21,718 nucleotides of DNA, from NCBI GenBank assembly GCA_963837175.1, contig CAWIMJ010000035.1, positions 1 through 21,718 on the forward strand, read 5' to 3'. Of this stretch, positions 19,761-21,718 are shown in pieces. The notes beneath the pieces are model-generated. The model ran no database searches. It saw nothing but the letters and a program-made list of their open reading frames with translations, and had not been told where the DNA came from. The position numbers and the translations under genes were made by a program. The first letter of the stretch is position 1; each line of letters begins with the position of its first letter. The stretch is from an uncultured Nitrososphaeraceae archaeon (lineage in GTDB: Archaea; Thermoproteota; Nitrososphaeria; Nitrososphaerales; Nitrososphaeraceae).

Positions 19761-19835
19761 CGAATAGGGAATAGATCTTTTAGTCTGACCTTAAGAGAAT
19801 TCTGATTAATTCCGACTTTTGACATTCAATTATGC

Positions 19836-19889
19836 TGAATTAACCTAGTATTTACACTTTTGATATATAATGTTTGAATTAACCTAGTA
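19836..19889 (-). promoter_or_regulatory. Two perfect 15-bp direct repeats flanking a TATA box
   Basis: TGAATTAACCTAGTA at 19836-19850 and 19875-19889, with TTATATA (minus strand) at ~19864-19870 between them. Confidence 0.6.
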
Positions 19890-20517
19890 CTCGCGATTTG
19901 TGATTCTTTCCAAGCTTCAAATGTAGGCATTAGTCTTTCTTCGTGGATTTGACAAGGAGACAGACAATACTTTGGGCCTACTAGCGGATTATGTTTTTCT
20001 ACTTGGATAAAAACATAATGTAACGCCATTTCGAAATTGTGAATTTTAAAGGTTTGAGGAATGAAAGAATATTCAGGATCAGTAATCTTTTCTTTTTTCT
20101 TATTGTAAATGTCTATATTAGTATGTTTTAAATCCTTACCATGTCCGTAATCTGTCCTTATAAGCATTATATGTGCCTCTTCTTGACTAGTGGAGAAGAA
20201 GATTAAGTAGTAAATAGTGAGTAAGTAAGCAAGCAAGTAGGTAGGTAAGCAATAAGAAAGCAGTAGTATTAACAGCCGACGCAGTCAATCAATCAGCTAA
20301 TCAATCAATCAACAATCTCATACTTGTCCTTTCCATCTACCAGCGACAGCGTAGATCCAAAGTGAGTCCCATTCTATACTATAGCTATGCATGTATCATC
20401 CAAATTATCGAATGTATATCTAATGGTGCCCATGTCGTTGGGCTTTAGCTTTGTGTACCTGAAGCTTTTATAGAAAACAAGGGAGAAAGGAAACGAAGGA
20501 TAGTAGAAGCAATAGCA

Positions 20518-21144
20518 ATGAGTGAAGTCTGAAATAAAGTCTACAAATCAGACAGCACTTTCTTTGGAGAGGAGCCTAGCAACTTTGCCTTACTTTGTTT
20601 TAATCATATGAAAACTAACAATGTAACTAAAAAAGTATTGGAGCTAGGAGCCGGCCATGGTAGAGATACAATATTTTTTGCATCAAATGGAATTGAAGTA
20701 GAAGCAATAGATTATTCTCTAGTTGCTGTTGAGATACTAGATAAGATAGCAAAGGAAAAAAGGCTGTCAATAAAATCACGAATATTTGATGTCAGGAATC
20801 CGCTTCCATTTCCAGATGAGTATTTCGATGCTGTATATTCACACATGCTTCTTAACATGAAGTTTTCACTAGACGAGCTTCATTTTATATTTTCAGAAAT
20901 AAGAAGAGTACTAAAGCCAAGAGGTTTGAACTTCTTTTCTGTCAGAAACCACAATGACAAATCCTATGGCAAAGGTATAGAGATAGATAAAGAAATCTAC
21001 GATATAAATGGCTTTGAAATCCGATTCTTTACAGAAAAGGAGATACAAGATTTGGCAGCACAAGGAGGCTTTGAATTACTCTGGATAAAAGAAGAATATG
21101 AAGAACCAGTTACACTTTATCTTGTATCTAGCAGGAAAATGTGA
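20518..21144 (+). pseudogene. Class I SAM-dependent methyltransferase (TehB/Methyltransf_11-like) with early nonsense codon
   Basis: MSEV*NKVYKSDSTFFGEEPSNFA is in frame with VLELGAGHGRD and LPFPDEYFDAVYSH. TGA at 20530-20532 sits where Trp (TGG) is expected. Confidence 0.85.
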
Positions 21145-21153
21145 ATGGCATAA

Positions 21154-21642
21154 TCATGGAGAAGCCGTTGTCGTCGTTAATATCATTGAATAATCATCAC
21201 TTTGCACATTTAATCTTGCAGACTTTATTTGATCAACAGTGGGTGCCCTAACTAATATCTCAAATGGTGCTGTGACTCCGGGGTTCAGATCATGTGGATC
21301 GGTATAAGAGAATCCAACTGCAACAATTTGATTTTGATTATTATAGAATGAACCTGCAACTTTTACAAATTTTGTTACTTGATCTCCTTGATTTGTGACC
21401 TCGCCTACAATATGATAATTATCTATCGAGTCAGTAAAACTCTCACCAATATTCAGTTTAAGATTTGCGGGTTTTGATTTAAAAGTCTCGTCTCCGGAAA
21501 CAGAAAGTTTGTAGTTATCTATCTTTTTGCTTTGTTCTTTATTAGTTAAAAGAACCTGAAAGGGAGATTTTTCTGCAGGTCGTAATATTTTCATGGTGGT
21601 ATATCCAAAACTTGTATCAACAACTTTACCTGCAGCATCATC
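21154..21642 (-). pseudogene. FxLYD-domain secreted protein, N-terminally truncated
   Basis: YHIVGEVTNQG...VKVAGSFYN...LNPGVTAPF, preceded by a partial first domain (DDAAGKVVDTSFGYT...LRPAEKSPF). In-frame stop at 21649-21651; no signal peptide. Confidence 0.75.
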
Positions 21643-21718
21643 ACAAACTCATCTCTTCACCGAGCGCTTTATCACACATACTTACAACCGGCGGCCTTGC
21701 AATAAGGCAGCCGCAAGT

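Noticed and set aside
19836-19889. Mini-CRISPR interpretation of the 15-bp repeat pair
   Set aside because: Repeat too short, only two copies, 24-nt spacer, and no cas genes.
19826-20236. 136-aa minus-strand ORF
   Set aside because: Starts in a low-complexity tract, runs over the promoter repeats, and has no recognisable features.
20530-20532. Selenocysteine or readthrough at the in-frame TGA
   Set aside because: The position fits Trp (TGG>TGA) and no SECIS is evident; a nonsense mutation is simpler.

Overview
AT-rich, low-coding-density accessory region. Gene content, TATA-box promoters and protein families point to a soil ammonia-oxidising archaeon (Nitrososphaeraceae); this is an inference. 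Apparently intact genes: a zinc-ribbon protein, a secreted protein, an aldo/keto reductase, a phasin-like helical protein, a TRAM RNA chaperone, several small membrane proteins and an atypical Fpg/Nei glycosylase. About a dozen genes are broken or truncated: IS5 transposase, two SAM methyltransferases, DUF1348, GCS2-like ligase, BNR protein, a LEA-like helical protein, Rieske fusion, TIGR01777 epimerase, DNA MTase, CrtC/AttH-like enzyme and FxLYD protein. Reading the DNA directly shows features the ORF track misses: (1) a ~255-nt GC-richer, extensively self-pairing candidate ncRNA at ~1496-1751 behind a TATA box, matching no family I recognise; (2) two MITE families, a 112-bp TA-targeting element in two copies (one splitting a methyltransferase gene) and a 138-bp IS903-like element with an 8-bp TSD; (3) hairpins with arms resembling a tRNA 3' end, two sharing the central motif ACRGAATTGAC; (4) two paralogous hyper-acidic microproteins; (5) a GC-shifted secreted CrtC-like gene with an AGGAGG site and twin 15-bp boxes flanking its TATA box. 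All folds and family calls were made by eye.
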